Below are positions 35,313 through 44,022 of a DNA stretch of 52,929 nt, one piece after another. The stretch covers positions 1-52,929 of the forward strand of contig JBBRPC010000002.1 in the NCBI GenBank assembly GCA_038228615.1. The letters run 5' to 3'. Source of the DNA: Acidimicrobiia bacterium (GTDB lineage: Bacteria > Actinomycetota > Acidimicrobiia > IMCC26256 > PALSA-610). Under the pieces are notes generated by a model that did not search any database, was not told the origin of the DNA, and was given only the letters and a program-made list of their open reading frames with translations. Positions within the stretch are counted from its first letter, which is position 1. Each line of letters opens with the position of its first letter. Made by a program: the position numbers and the translations under genes.

Positions 35313-35788
35313 GTCAACGCGGCGACGTAATCGGCGTACGACAGCGGTAAAAGTTCCACGAGCTGACGGTCGGGATCGCGGATGAATATCGCGGCCTCAA
35401 TGTCGGTGGACTCGACAACTTCGCCGCCATATGCGGCGACACGCGGGCGCACGGCATCGATATCACACGAAATTGAGATGTGTGTCAGGCCGGGTTCGTC
35501 CATCGATCGCGTCCGTGGTTGGGTTGCGCGTTCGGGCGCCGAGTAGTGCAGGAGCTCGAGGACGAAACCGTCGAGGCGCAAATAGCACGCTGTTAAGCCC
35601 AGCGCGCCAGAGAGATCGAGGAGTCGCGCCGACGATTCGTCTGGCGGGTTGATCTGGCGCAAAAACGTGAAGCCCAACAGTTCCTCGTAGAACCGTCTCG
35701 ACCGGGCCAAGTCGGTGACGCACTGCCCGACGTGGTTGAACACGAATCGGTTGGACACTGCGCTCTTGATCGGGACATTCGGTGTCAT
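35309..35788 (-). CDS. VOC-family (glyoxalase-fold) protein
   Basis: I chose the start at ATG 35788 (MTPNVPIK). The product contains FNHVGQCVTDLARSRRFYEELLGF...GLTHISISCDDIDAV...IFIRDPDRQLVEL. Confidence 0.75.
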   Translation of the reverse strand: MTPNVPIKSAVSNRFVFNHVGQCVTDLARSRRFYEELLGFTFLRQINPPDESSARLLDLSGALGLTACYLRLDGFVLELLHYSAPERATQPRTRSMDEPGLTHISISCDIDAVRPRVAAYGGEVVESTDIEAAIFIRDPDRQLVELLPLSYADYVAALT

Positions 35789-35852
35789 GGGCGAGAATCC
35801 TCGCGCGTTCTCCCGTCGTTCGCCGTGCGGAATGTGCGATATGGTCGTATTC

Positions 35853-36395
35853 ATGCGTAGGCATTGCGGGCGCCCAGGGTGCAACGCGGTCGCCACCGCA
35901 ACGTTTTCCTTTGACGCAACTCGCTGTGTTGTCTGGCTGAATCCGATTGCCGACGGTACGCCGCGAGCTGGCGACCTTTGCACTCGTCACGCCGACGGGA
36001 TGGCGCCCCCAAAGGGTTGGGAGCGGATCGATCATCGGTCGGAACTCGCGCCCGTTCCGAAGGCCGTCACCGACGATCTTCTTCCCAATCGTGAGACGCC
36101 CAAACGCAAACGCAAAGCCGCTGGCCAACAACGTTGGGACGAGGTGCCAGGTCTTTTCGATCCTGCCGCTGCGGCAGCACCGATACAACCAGCGGAGCAG
36201 GAGCAGCCGAAAGCCACGCCATCGGACCCAACGCTGGCGGAACCCGAAACGCCGTGGATGCCACGTTTTGCCAATGATGACGATCTTGCGGGCGTCCTCG
36301 ACGCATCGACGCCGCTGCTCTCTCGGGCGTTTCGCAACGCTCGTCCAAGCGATGCTGGCGATGGCGACGATCGAATCCCAAAGAGCAGCGACTAG
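35853..36395 (+). CDS. DUF3499-family protein
   Basis: The product begins MRRHCGRPGCNAVATATFSFDATRCVVWLNP...LCTRHADGMAPPKGW, the signature N-terminus of DUF3499. Confidence 0.7.
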   Translation: MRRHCGRPGCNAVATATFSFDATRCVVWLNPIADGTPRAGDLCTRHADGMAPPKGWERIDHRSELAPVPKAVTDDLLPNRETPKRKRKAAGQQRWDEVPGLFDPAAAAAPIQPAEQEQPKATPSDPTLAEPETPWMPRFANDDDLAGVLDASTPLLSRAFRNARPSDAGDGDDRIPKSSD

Positions 36396-36400
36396 CTCCG

Positions 36401-37540
36401 CTATTTGGTGCCGTATTCCTCGACATCTTTGAAATAGTTCGAGAGATTCGGCGGCCACCATGGTGGCGACACGCTCCCAGTGATTGTCCGAGGATCGACT
36501 GGCCCCCGCTCAATGCTTGCTTGGTACACCGCGAATGCGAACTGAAGAGTTTTGATCGCGAGCTCCGGCGACATTTCTGGATCGGGGGTTCCATTGAGGA
36601 GCGCGTCGATGAACGCCTTCCCCGTGTGTACAAAGCCGCTATCCCAGCGAGCTTCAATATTTGAATACGAGGTGGTGGTGCCATCGGGGTGATACACGAT
36701 CACAGGTGCAAGATCGAGCATCTCGCCGGTACCGCGCGTGACCCAGATCCAACCATCAGTACCCTGAATCTCGAAGAACTCGTCGGCTCCGTAGAAGCTG
36801 CTCCGAATGTGCATTCGGGGCGCGTACGTGACCTCCATCATTCCGAGCAGGCTGTCTCGTTCGTATTCCCAAATCGCGGCCATCGGCTCGAAGAACAGCG
36901 GAGCCTGACGCACGATTGCTTGCACGCTCGTGATGTCTTGGTCGAATAGCCACAGCGCGGTTCCGTACTTGTGCACCATGTCGTCGAAAAGATGACCGCC
37001 AGGACTCTGCGCGTTGAATCGCCACGTATATCCAGCAGGGTCGAGACCGTTTTGAAATGCAGTGTCGGTTTGCGCGACGACTGTTTTGATACGGCACATC
37101 GTTGGGTGACCAATCGCCCCCTGTTTGATGAGTTCTTTGGCCTTCACCAGCGGCGGGTAGCCGAAATTGCACTCGGCGACACGCAAAGTGAGCCCCGCGG
37201 CTTTGGCGGCGGCGGCCATCTCTCGACCGTCAGCAACGCTGTTCGCAATCGGCTTTTGCACGCTGACGTGCTTGCCGGCACTCAATGCCGCAAGCACATG
37301 TTCTTTGTGCATCATTGTTGGTGTGAGCACCTCGATCGCGTCGAGGTCGGGATCGGCGAGCATCGCATCCATATCGGTGTAGACCTTCGGTGCACCCCAC
37401 TTCCCGGCGGCATCGCGCGCCTTTGCTTCGCGGGTGTCGCACACCGCGAGCACGTCGCATTGCGGATGTTGCAGATACGCCGCGACGTTGAGTGGGGCGA
37501 TATTTCCAGTACCAAGTATGCCAATGCGAACGCGATCCAT
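36401..37540 (-). CDS. Gfo/Idh/MocA-family oxidoreductase
   Basis: The product begins RIGILGTGNIAPLNVAAY, followed by the EKP-like motif (VQKPIA). The length is 379 aa. Confidence 0.85.
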   Translation of the reverse strand: MDRVRIGILGTGNIAPLNVAAYLQHPQCDVLAVCDTREAKARDAAGKWGAPKVYTDMDAMLADPDLDAIEVLTPTMMHKEHVLAALSAGKHVSVQKPIANSVADGREMAAAAKAAGLTLRVAECNFGYPPLVKAKELIKQGAIGHPTMCRIKTVVAQTDTAFQNGLDPAGYTWRFNAQSPGGHLFDDMVHKYGTALWLFDQDITSVQAIVRQAPLFFEPMAAIWEYERDSLLGMMEVTYAPRMHIRSSFYGADEFFEIQGTDGWIWVTRGTGEMLDLAPVIVYHPDGTTTSYSNIEARWDSGFVHTGKAFIDALLNGTPDPEMSPELAIKTLQFAFAVYQASIERGPVDPRTITGSVSPPWWPPNLSNYFKDVEEYGTK

Positions 37541-37581
37541 GACCGTCGCCTATCACATGGCGCCCAGTGGAAACAAGATGA

Positions 37582-38112
37582 CTACGTTGAGAGTTGCAAG
37601 GACACCGAAGCGTCGAGTGAACCGTTGAGGTTCGAGCCGCGAAGGAGCAACGTCGGTGTCTTCGATGAGGGCGTGAACGGTGCGAACGTGATGCTGATAG
37701 TTGTCGTGGATCGCGCCGGCACGAGGTTGGGCACAGCATGCGTCGCTGTGGCTGCAACGTCTGTTCCGAAGAGACCATCGCGTGCCGTGAACATCGAGCC
37801 GAGCGTTGCTGGCAATCGGATCGCTTTGCTCGTACCGTTCAGGAGTTCCACCGTGACGGCGAGCGTCTTCCCCGACGACCGTGCCGATTCGACCGTCATT
37901 TGCCAGGTCTCCCCCAAGCCAATGTGTTGCTTCATCTCGCTGGGATTCGGAACGCGTGTCGGATCGATCGTGGCGCCTGGAAACTGTGAGGAAGGTGATG
38001 AATTCCTTGAGGTCGACGCGGGCGGCGAGAGCTTGCCGCGGGTCGGGCTGCAGCCGTACGCCGCGACGCACATGATCGCAAGGCCAATTGCACGGTTGCG
38101 CATAGCGCTCAC
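37582..38112 (-). CDS. Putative lipoprotein (Ig-like/DUF4352-like)
   Basis: The signal peptide has a lipobox-like AAYGC (MRNRAIGLAIMCVAAYGCS). It is followed by a Ser/Pro-rich linker and a beta-rich domain. Confidence 0.5.
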   Translation of the reverse strand: MSAMRNRAIGLAIMCVAAYGCSPTRGKLSPPASTSRNSSPSSQFPGATIDPTRVPNPSEMKQHIGLGETWQMTVESARSSGKTLAVTVELLNGTSKAIRLPATLGSMFTARDGLFGTDVAATATHAVPNLVPARSTTTISITFAPFTPSSKTPTLLLRGSNLNGSLDASVSLQLST

Positions 38113-38178
38113 GTAATCACGACACGATCCGAATGAGGTAGTCGCAGAGTGAACGTTTACCTACGCTCCATCTTGTTG

Positions 38179-39480
38179 CTAGGAATCGTTTTCCGGATGT
38201 TCTCCAGTCGCGAGTTCGCTGACCCGTTGGCGAGAATCGAGTGCCGCGGTCCGGTAGATCCCGCTCGCCATATACGACTGTTCCTGATTGCGTCGAGCTT
38301 CGTACACGGAGGCTCGTACCCCGTGCGCGTATCGGTTGTTGGGATCAGCGAGTACTGCAAGTTCCGCGAAATGACACGCCAGGCGCAAATCGTTCGCTTC
38401 TGCAAGTGTTGCCGCACGAGCCGCGAGGTTTGCGGCGCCTCCGCACAAATCTGCAGTTTGTTGTGCGATTGCCACGTCGGTCGCTGGTTTGAGATTCGCG
38501 GGGTTGCCGTCGTACCAGCCTCCGTAGAGTCTCCAGAGATTGCGCACCACGAACTCTGGCTCGTCGTACGTGGGCTGGAGGTACGGCTTGCTGGCGAGAT
38601 CATCTGGCAGTCGCACCGAGTGCACGACATCGATCAGGCGTGCTCCTTGATTCATGAGGTCGAGTACCTGCGTGTGAAGCGACTCCAACGCAGTCGCAGT
38701 GTCAAGCAGTACGGTCTGTACGTACTCGGCGCCGCCAACGGCTGGCCCGTGCGCCGGAAGCATGAGCTCGGGTTGCAGCGCAGCCATATCTCGCAGTGCC
38801 ACCGCCCAATCCCACGCGAAACGTTGAACTTTCTGTGGATTGCCGGCGTTCGGAAATTGCCAAATGAACAGATCGCCAACGCACACTGCGCGGTGACCGG
38901 GCACCCATGCCCAGGTGTGATCGTCGGTTTCGCCTCGTGCGTGATGCAACTCGAATCGCATATCGCCAACACTGAGCTCCGCGGTGTCGCGATATTCCGT
39001 GTCGGGATAGCGAAAATCACTGGGAAACGTTGGTGCGGGGAGTCGGAATTGGCGCATGTTGATGTGGCCGTTGTAGCCGTTGGTGATGCCGTACCGGTCG
39101 AAACGGTGCGCGACTGCTTCATGCCCGACAAACGTGATGCTGCGATCGCCGCGGTCCGCCGCCTCAGCTTCAAATGCTCCAGAACCCGTGACGTGATCAA
39201 CGTGGCCATGGGTGTAGACGGCGGTGTCGACGTGGTCAGTTGTCCACGCGCGGAGCGCTGTGAGCACAGTTGGCGCGAAGAGTTCGTGCGATACGTCGAA
39301 CAGCGTCAGCCCGTTGCCAGTTGTGAACGCGATGACGTTGGAAAAAGCTTCGATCAGTGCCACGCCTTCTGCCACTTCGTGCAGCGTGCCGTTCGTGGGC
39401 GACATGAGGCCGTGCATCGTTGTGGGTTCGAGGCCCTTGATGATGCGAGCGGATCGTTCAAGCATGTCTGTCATGAGCAC
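38179..39480 (-). CDS. MBL-fold metallo-hydrolase of the alkyl/aryl-sulfatase (SdsA1/BDS1-like) family, lacking the SCP2 tail
   Basis: The product contains YTHGHVDHVTG (HxHxDH). ARGETDDHTWAWVP and WQFPNAGNPQK are typical of alkyl-sulfatase MBL domains. A helical dimerisation-domain-like C-terminus follows. Confidence 0.7.
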   Translation of the reverse strand: MLMTDMLERSARIIKGLEPTTMHGLMSPTNGTLHEVAEGVALIEAFSNVIAFTTGNGLTLFDVSHELFAPTVLTALRAWTTDHVDTAVYTHGHVDHVTGSGAFEAEAADRGDRSITFVGHEAVAHRFDRYGITNGYNGHINMRQFRLPAPTFPSDFRYPDTEYRDTAELSVGDMRFELHHARGETDDHTWAWVPGHRAVCVGDLFIWQFPNAGNPQKVQRFAWDWAVALRDMAALQPELMLPAHGPAVGGAEYVQTVLLDTATALESLHTQVLDLMNQGARLIDVVHSVRLPDDLASKPYLQPTYDEPEFVVRNLWRLYGGWYDGNPANLKPATDVAIAQQTADLCGGAANLAARAATLAEANDLRLACHFAELAVLADPNNRYAHGVRASVYEARRNQEQSYMASGIYRTAALDSRQRVSELATGEHPENDS

Positions 39481-39511
39481 AAAACTACGGGTAGGGATCG
39501 ATCTCCTACGG

Positions 39512-39543
39512 CAGGAGGCCCCGACACACGTCGGGGCCTCCTG
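39512..39543 (-). terminator. Perfect 14-bp stem hairpin downstream of the PstS-like gene
   Basis: The structure is CAGGAGGCCCCGAC-ACAC-GTCGGGGCCTCCTG. Confidence 0.55.
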
Positions 39544-39608
39544 TATTGCCGTTGGTACTGATCTACCGCCGCTCGTTGGAGTGGGGCAGAGCCGCGCCGG
39601 GGAGATGC

Positions 39609-40748
39609 TTAGAGCGCTGCAGGGTTCTTACGGCAGTAGCTAGTGATTGTGACACCGCCACCAGTCGCAAGCTTCTTCAGGGCAACGAAACCGTAGGTGG
39701 TGATGATCTTGCTCCCACCGTGGTTGCAGATGTAGCCAGCGCCGGCGTTATCGACACCGACAAAACGCATCACGTCGTTGTAGCTCGGCGATGTCGTCTT
39801 TGCCACGTTGAAGACGTAACGAGTGCCGAGGAAATGTGTCGGCGTTTCGTTGATCGTCGAACTCGATGCCTTGACTCCATTGATCTGGCCGAGCGTGGTG
39901 CCGTTGCGAAGGTCTGCGATGACTGCCTTCGATGCTGCGGTCCACTGTGCATACGAAAACGGAAGGATCGCATTCGTCTTGTCAGCAGCGAGTACACCAC
40001 GTGCGTCGTGTTCTTCGAGGAACGTCGACAGGTGCGAACCGTTGCAACCGGCATCGATTGTGGCCCCGTTGAGGATCTTCGAGTTGAAGAACGAGTACGT
40101 GCCAGAACTTGTCTGCGGCGCGTACTTCTTGATTGTTCCTGCGGTGCCGCCAACTGACGCCCAGTCCGAAACGAAGGGAAGGCCGGTGGTGGGGTCGCAG
40201 GTGTAGATGTCGATCAAGTTCTGTTGTGTCAGGTTCACCGGCGAATGTGAGCCAGCGAAACGGGCCCACGACAGACCGTCGAGTGCGTAGGCGTAAAACT
40301 CATCGCTTGATGGGTCCGTGACTTTTTGGCCTCGTGAGGAACGAGAAAAGTCGATGCAGCCGGTACCGTCGTTGTTGAGGGCGGTGATACCCGCACTCGA
40401 ACCGTTGGGCGGCAGGTTGCCTGCGTCGTAGGTGATCGCGGCACAGTTTCCGTCGGCAACTGTTTCGGTGCCTGCGGGGAACGGCGCACTCACGACCGGC
40501 GGGACGTTGATGACGCGGTCTTTGGGGCTTTCTGTGTTGACGGTGCTGTCAACGTTGTACTGGTTGTGCAAGCCGTACATCATCCAGTACGTCGTGTCGG
40601 AACCGACGGCCGTCAGGGTGGAACCCGGATTTGATGCGCCGGGTACTGCGTGTGCTGGCGATGCCATGAGCGCGCTCCCGGCGATTCCGGTGAGCACGCC
40701 CGCTGTCACCGCGAGCTTCTTCAAGGAAATGTTCACGTTTGCCTCCAT
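39609..40748 (-). CDS. Secreted PstS-like (PBP_like_2) substrate-binding protein, paralogue 1 (no C-terminal anchor)
   Basis: I chose the start at ATG 40748. The signal peptide reads LAVTAGVLTGIAGSALMASPAHA, followed by LTAVGSDTTYWMM, which is typical of phosphate-type binding-protein folds. Confidence 0.6.
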   Translation of the reverse strand: MEANVNISLKKLAVTAGVLTGIAGSALMASPAHAVPGASNPGSTLTAVGSDTTYWMMYGLHNQYNVDSTVNTESPKDRVINVPPVVSAPFPAGTETVADGNCAAITYDAGNLPPNGSSAGITALNNDGTGCIDFSRSSRGQKVTDPSSDEFYAYALDGLSWARFAGSHSPVNLTQQNLIDIYTCDPTTGLPFVSDWASVGGTAGTIKKYAPQTSSGTYSFFNSKILNGATIDAGCNGSHLSTFLEEHDARGVLAADKTNAILPFSYAQWTAASKAVIADLRNGTTLGQINGVKASSSTINETPTHFLGTRYVFNVAKTTSPSYNDVMRFVGVDNAGAGYICNHGGSKIITTYGFVALKKLATGGGVTITSYCRKNPAAL

Positions 40749-40875
40749 TGCCACACCCCTGTGGCGTGACACCAACATCAAAACAGGGGTACATGAACGG
40801 CAAACCGCCAATACGGCAACGTCGAAGTGAAGTGAACATAAACAACTGTGCTCGTTCGAGAAGTTGCGGCGGTGG

Positions 40876-41880
40876 CTACAGCGCGCCGGGCAGCAAGCGA
40901 GCGAATTGCTCGAACACCAGCCACATAGCGACGACGAGCAGTGGTGTTGCGATCAGCCACGTCGCATGGGGCTTCCAACGTTTGTAGAGGATCACCGCAC
41001 CAACGGTGATCGCCAACAACAGCTGCAAGCTCAACAGCAGCGGGAACCAGGCGTTGCTTTCTCCGGAGAGCCCGAGCTCATCTGCACGAACCTGGAACTT
41101 CGATGGCGTGAAGTTCTTCGCGCTACCGATCAGCTCCGCCTGAACGACGTAGCGATCGCTTGCGACAATCGCCGGATCCGAAGTCACCAACGTGAGCGTG
41201 TTGATGTTGTACGACGCTGGCCCGGTGCCGGTGGTCAGGGTATTAAAGATTCGGGCGTCGTTCGCTTTGGCCGCTCCCGTTGCGAAGACGCGGTAGGCGA
41301 CGTCACCGAACGCTGTGGAGAAGTGGATTTCCTGGCCTTTGCGGAGCGTGTTGATATCGGCGCATGGAGCGCCACCGGTGGCACGGCGGCATATGACAAC
41401 GGAGTTGCCATATTGGCCTGGAAGCGGTGTGGATCGAACATGCCCTGGTCCCCGCATGGTTTGTGACGACGTGCTCCCCTCCACGACAACTTCAGAAACG
41501 CCAATGTTTGCAATCCTCATCCAAGCAACTGGACTACCGACTGCAATGGGCTTCGCCGTTCCGAGCGACCCGTCTGGGTTATGGACAAATTGCGGGGGCA
41601 GTTGAAACGCAGCGGCTTCGTTGCGAAAGGCGCGTTGCAGATCGGCCTGCGAACGATTGTGGCTCAATGCTGTGCCTGCAAAAAGAAAGAGCGCGAGACA
41701 GAGGCACAACACCGCGAAGCCGGCAAGTGAGTGACGAACGATTGCGAAGATCGAGTGCGGCTGAGACTCGCGTGGAGGTGCCTTGGGTTGTGTCTGGCGA
41801 GATGTCCGAACGGTTTCGCGATCTGCGACGACCACGGTGTTGCTTTCGCGAACTTGGGTATCGGTGGCGACAGTTGTCAC
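40876..41880 (-). CDS. Sortase-fold membrane protein with a degenerate active site (His->Arg, Cys->Ser) and extra C-terminal TM helices
   Basis: MRIANIGVSEVVVEGSTSSQTMRGPGHVRSTPLPGQYGNSVVICRR...GQEIHFST..GDVAYRV...NTLTLVTSDP...DRYVVQAEL parallels the sortase signature IP.IG....V.EG.....L..G.GH...T..PG..GN....GHR...GD.I.......Y.V...LTL.TC.P...R. The GTG at 41880 overlaps the upstream stop (GTGA). The ORF is open to 41916. Confidence 0.6.
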   Translation of the reverse strand: MTTVATDTQVRESNTVVVADRETVRTSRQTQPKAPPRESQPHSIFAIVRHSLAGFAVLCLCLALFLFAGTALSHNRSQADLQRAFRNEAAAFQLPPQFVHNPDGSLGTAKPIAVGSPVAWMRIANIGVSEVVVEGSTSSQTMRGPGHVRSTPLPGQYGNSVVICRRATGGAPCADINTLRKGQEIHFSTAFGDVAYRVFATGAAKANDARIFNTLTTGTGPASYNINTLTLVTSDPAIVASDRYVVQAELIGSAKNFTPSKFQVRADELGLSGESNAWFPLLLSLQLLLAITVGAVILYKRWKPHATWLIATPLLVVAMWLVFEQFARLLPGAL

Positions 41881-43970
41881 GCGAGGGCCACTTTCTTGAG
41901 TTGTTGGCGACGCCATCGCAACAGTCGCTGTATTGCAGGCCAGGAACCGCTGATGATCGCTGCGATTGCACCGAGAAGCAGCAGAAGCGGCAAGGCGATG
42001 TGTGAGCTAATGGGTCCGATACTTGCGATTGGTGTCCAACTCGGTGCCGTGAGTGCAAAACGCAGCGGCGCAGGTTGGGTCGCCTGCTTACTCGTTGGGG
42101 CGTCGGTTGGCGACGAAACCAGCCCGGCACCATCGGTGGTGAACGTCGCCGATGAACCTCCGGAGCCGCCACAGCACGCGCTGCCCAGTCCGCTCGCGTT
42201 ATAAATGGTGGTTGGTGTCCCGAAGTCGGTGACACTCGTGGGAGTGAGTGACGTCGATGTTGTGGTGGTTTTCGGCGCTGTTGACGTTGTCGTTGGAGTC
42301 GTGGTCGATGTCGTGGTGGGCGTACCAGGCGCGGCGATCGTTTTGATGACGCTCGCGGCCGTGGCTATTTGCGCCGCCGGAAGTGGGAGATACCCGAGCG
42401 CGAGATCTTGTTGGCCAGCACCGATCGCGTAGTTCAACAGCTGTTGCAAATGCGCTGCTTTCACCGGATCTCCAACTTGCACTTGATTCGCATCGACGGT
42501 GAACACCGATGTGCGAACCATGGCGTAGTCGATCTTGGTGAGTGGATACGCCGCTGGCGCAGTGGAGGTCACGTCGGGAACCAATGCCCCGTCGACGAGG
42601 TGCAATGCTTGCACTCCGGCAAGGAGCCCTGCCTGGTCCGGCGCCACTGCTTTGCCTGCGCCGTTCACGAGGCTTGCCATCGGTAGTCCGAAGCGAACGG
42701 CGTTGCTTCGGGAGAGCAGACCTATGTAGCCCTGATTGCTTGACTGCGTTCCGTCGGGACGGGCTTGGTAGAAGAGTCGGCGGGCGGCGTCGATTTCGCC
42801 AGTATGAGGAACAAATCCCGAAGAATCCGAAGCTGCAATTTCGAAATTCTCGACCGGGTACACCTTGTTTTTGAAGTCGGGCATCACACGTACACCGTGG
42901 ATGTCGGTACCTGCGAGCAACAGTTTGGAGTTCGGATCGTGATACATCCATTCGGTGGTGATGTGCGTGTCGGCGTTTGCTTCGGCGCGCAGCATCGGCT
43001 GCGATGCGCCGCCGGTGGGCCAGTTGTGGGTCGGATTCAATGCAAGGAACTCAGGATCTTGGAAGAAGCCAAGGAGTTGGGAGTCGGTCACCAGGCGGGT
43101 GACGAGGCGCGGCGACAGTGTCATGTCGGTGATTTGTTGGCCGGTAACCGCGTCGCTGATGTTGAAAGCGAATACAGCAGCGTTCAAGCTGATCGGCGCG
43201 TATTGAATCGAAGCCGGATTCGTGGCCGTGGCGAGCTCAGCTGGCGTTGCGCCAAGTGACGTGAACGCGAGGTCGGTCAGGCCGGCGAGCATGTTGGAGC
43301 GTGCATTGTTCGACGACGATTCGGTGAAGTCGATCGACAACGCTTTCGCCCCAGTGCATTGCGATGCGTCCCACTGGTAGGTCTGTTGAGCGACTGAGGC
43401 CTCGCCTCCGATTGTCGCGTCGAAGTTGATCGGAATCGGACATGTGGCGCTGGATTGTGCGAAGGTAATTGGAGCGACAACGGCGCCGGGAGGCAAACCG
43501 TTCGCTGGGATCGTGGTGTTGCTATCGAACGCGACGATCGAACACGGGGTTGTGCTGCTACAACTCAAATCGGAAAGCTCGGATGCATCTCGAACTTCAA
43601 AATTCGCGCTGCCCGAAAGGTCGAGTCCCGTGACGCCATTGCGGACCGTGTTCCCGCCCGCCGAACTGGGGAACGGGTCGGCGGTGTAACAGTCTGCGAG
43701 CGATTGCGGGTTCGCTTTGCACTGGTAGATCCACACAGCGTCGCTGCCGAATTGTGTCGCCGCTGCGAATCCTGTCCAGTTCACGGTGACTGCCTGCGTC
43801 ACGAGCCCTGTTGAGGGGGTGACGGTCAAGGTCGGTCCGGTTGCCGCGTTCGCACCATTGGTGCCAGTGTCGCCCGGTTGTGGATTGAACGCGACGAAGG
43901 CCGTACACAATGCCGCGAGTACGCAATAGCGGCGCGTGAAACGGACGCGCGCAGAAGGAATCGTTTTCAT
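41877..43970 (-). CDS. Secreted multidomain protein: neocarzinostatin-like Ig domain, PstS-like binding domain, Thr/Pro-rich linker, then C-terminal TM anchor with a basic tail
   Basis: I chose the start at ATG 43970 (MKTIPSARVRF...). PTLTVTPSTGLVTQAVTVNWTGF...YQC....C...C.....CSIVAF matches the NCS-family pattern. IDFTESSSNNARSNMLAGLTDLAFTS and GYLPLP are PstS-like. The linker reads PTTTSTTTPTTTSTAPKTTTTSTS and the tail reads IALPLLLLLGAIAAIISG...RLLRWRRQQLKK. Confidence 0.6.
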   Translation of the reverse strand: MKTIPSARVRFTRRYCVLAALCTAFVAFNPQPGDTGTNGANAATGPTLTVTPSTGLVTQAVTVNWTGFAAATQFGSDAVWIYQCKANPQSLADCYTADPFPSSAGGNTVRNGVTGLDLSGSANFEVRDASELSDLSCSSTTPCSIVAFDSNTTIPANGLPPGAVVAPITFAQSSATCPIPINFDATIGGEASVAQQTYQWDASQCTGAKALSIDFTESSSNNARSNMLAGLTDLAFTSLGATPAELATATNPASIQYAPISLNAAVFAFNISDAVTGQQITDMTLSPRLVTRLVTDSQLLGFFQDPEFLALNPTHNWPTGGASQPMLRAEANADTHITTEWMYHDPNSKLLLAGTDIHGVRVMPDFKNKVYPVENFEIAASDSSGFVPHTGEIDAARRLFYQARPDGTQSSNQGYIGLLSRSNAVRFGLPMASLVNGAGKAVAPDQAGLLAGVQALHLVDGALVPDVTSTAPAAYPLTKIDYAMVRTSVFTVDANQVQVGDPVKAAHLQQLLNYAIGAGQQDLALGYLPLPAAQIATAASVIKTIAAPGTPTTTSTTTPTTTSTAPKTTTTSTSLTPTSVTDFGTPTTIYNASGLGSACCGGSGGSSATFTTDGAGLVSSPTDAPTSKQATQPAPLRFALTAPSWTPIASIGPISSHIALPLLLLLGAIAAIISGSWPAIQRLLRWRRQQLKKVALA

Positions 43971-44022
43971 CAGCACGAAGGAAACCACGCGCACCCTCGC
44001 GGTACGAGAGCCGACGTGAGTT

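Noticed and set aside
34135-35385. Long plus-strand ORFs opposite real genes: 34135-35385 (416 aa), 36971-38116 (381 aa), 38149-39561 (470 aa) and 16694-17650 (318 aa). The same applies to minus-strand 6722-7687 (321 aa) and 35463-36461 (332 aa).
   Set aside because: Each one overlaps, in antisense, a gene with strong family motifs (thrB/SDR, Gfo/Idh/MocA, alkyl-sulfatase-like, DUF3090/SCO1664, SnoaL/tadA, VOC/DUF3499). All have low-complexity, Arg/Ser/Ala-rich translations. I treated them as non-coding shadow frames.
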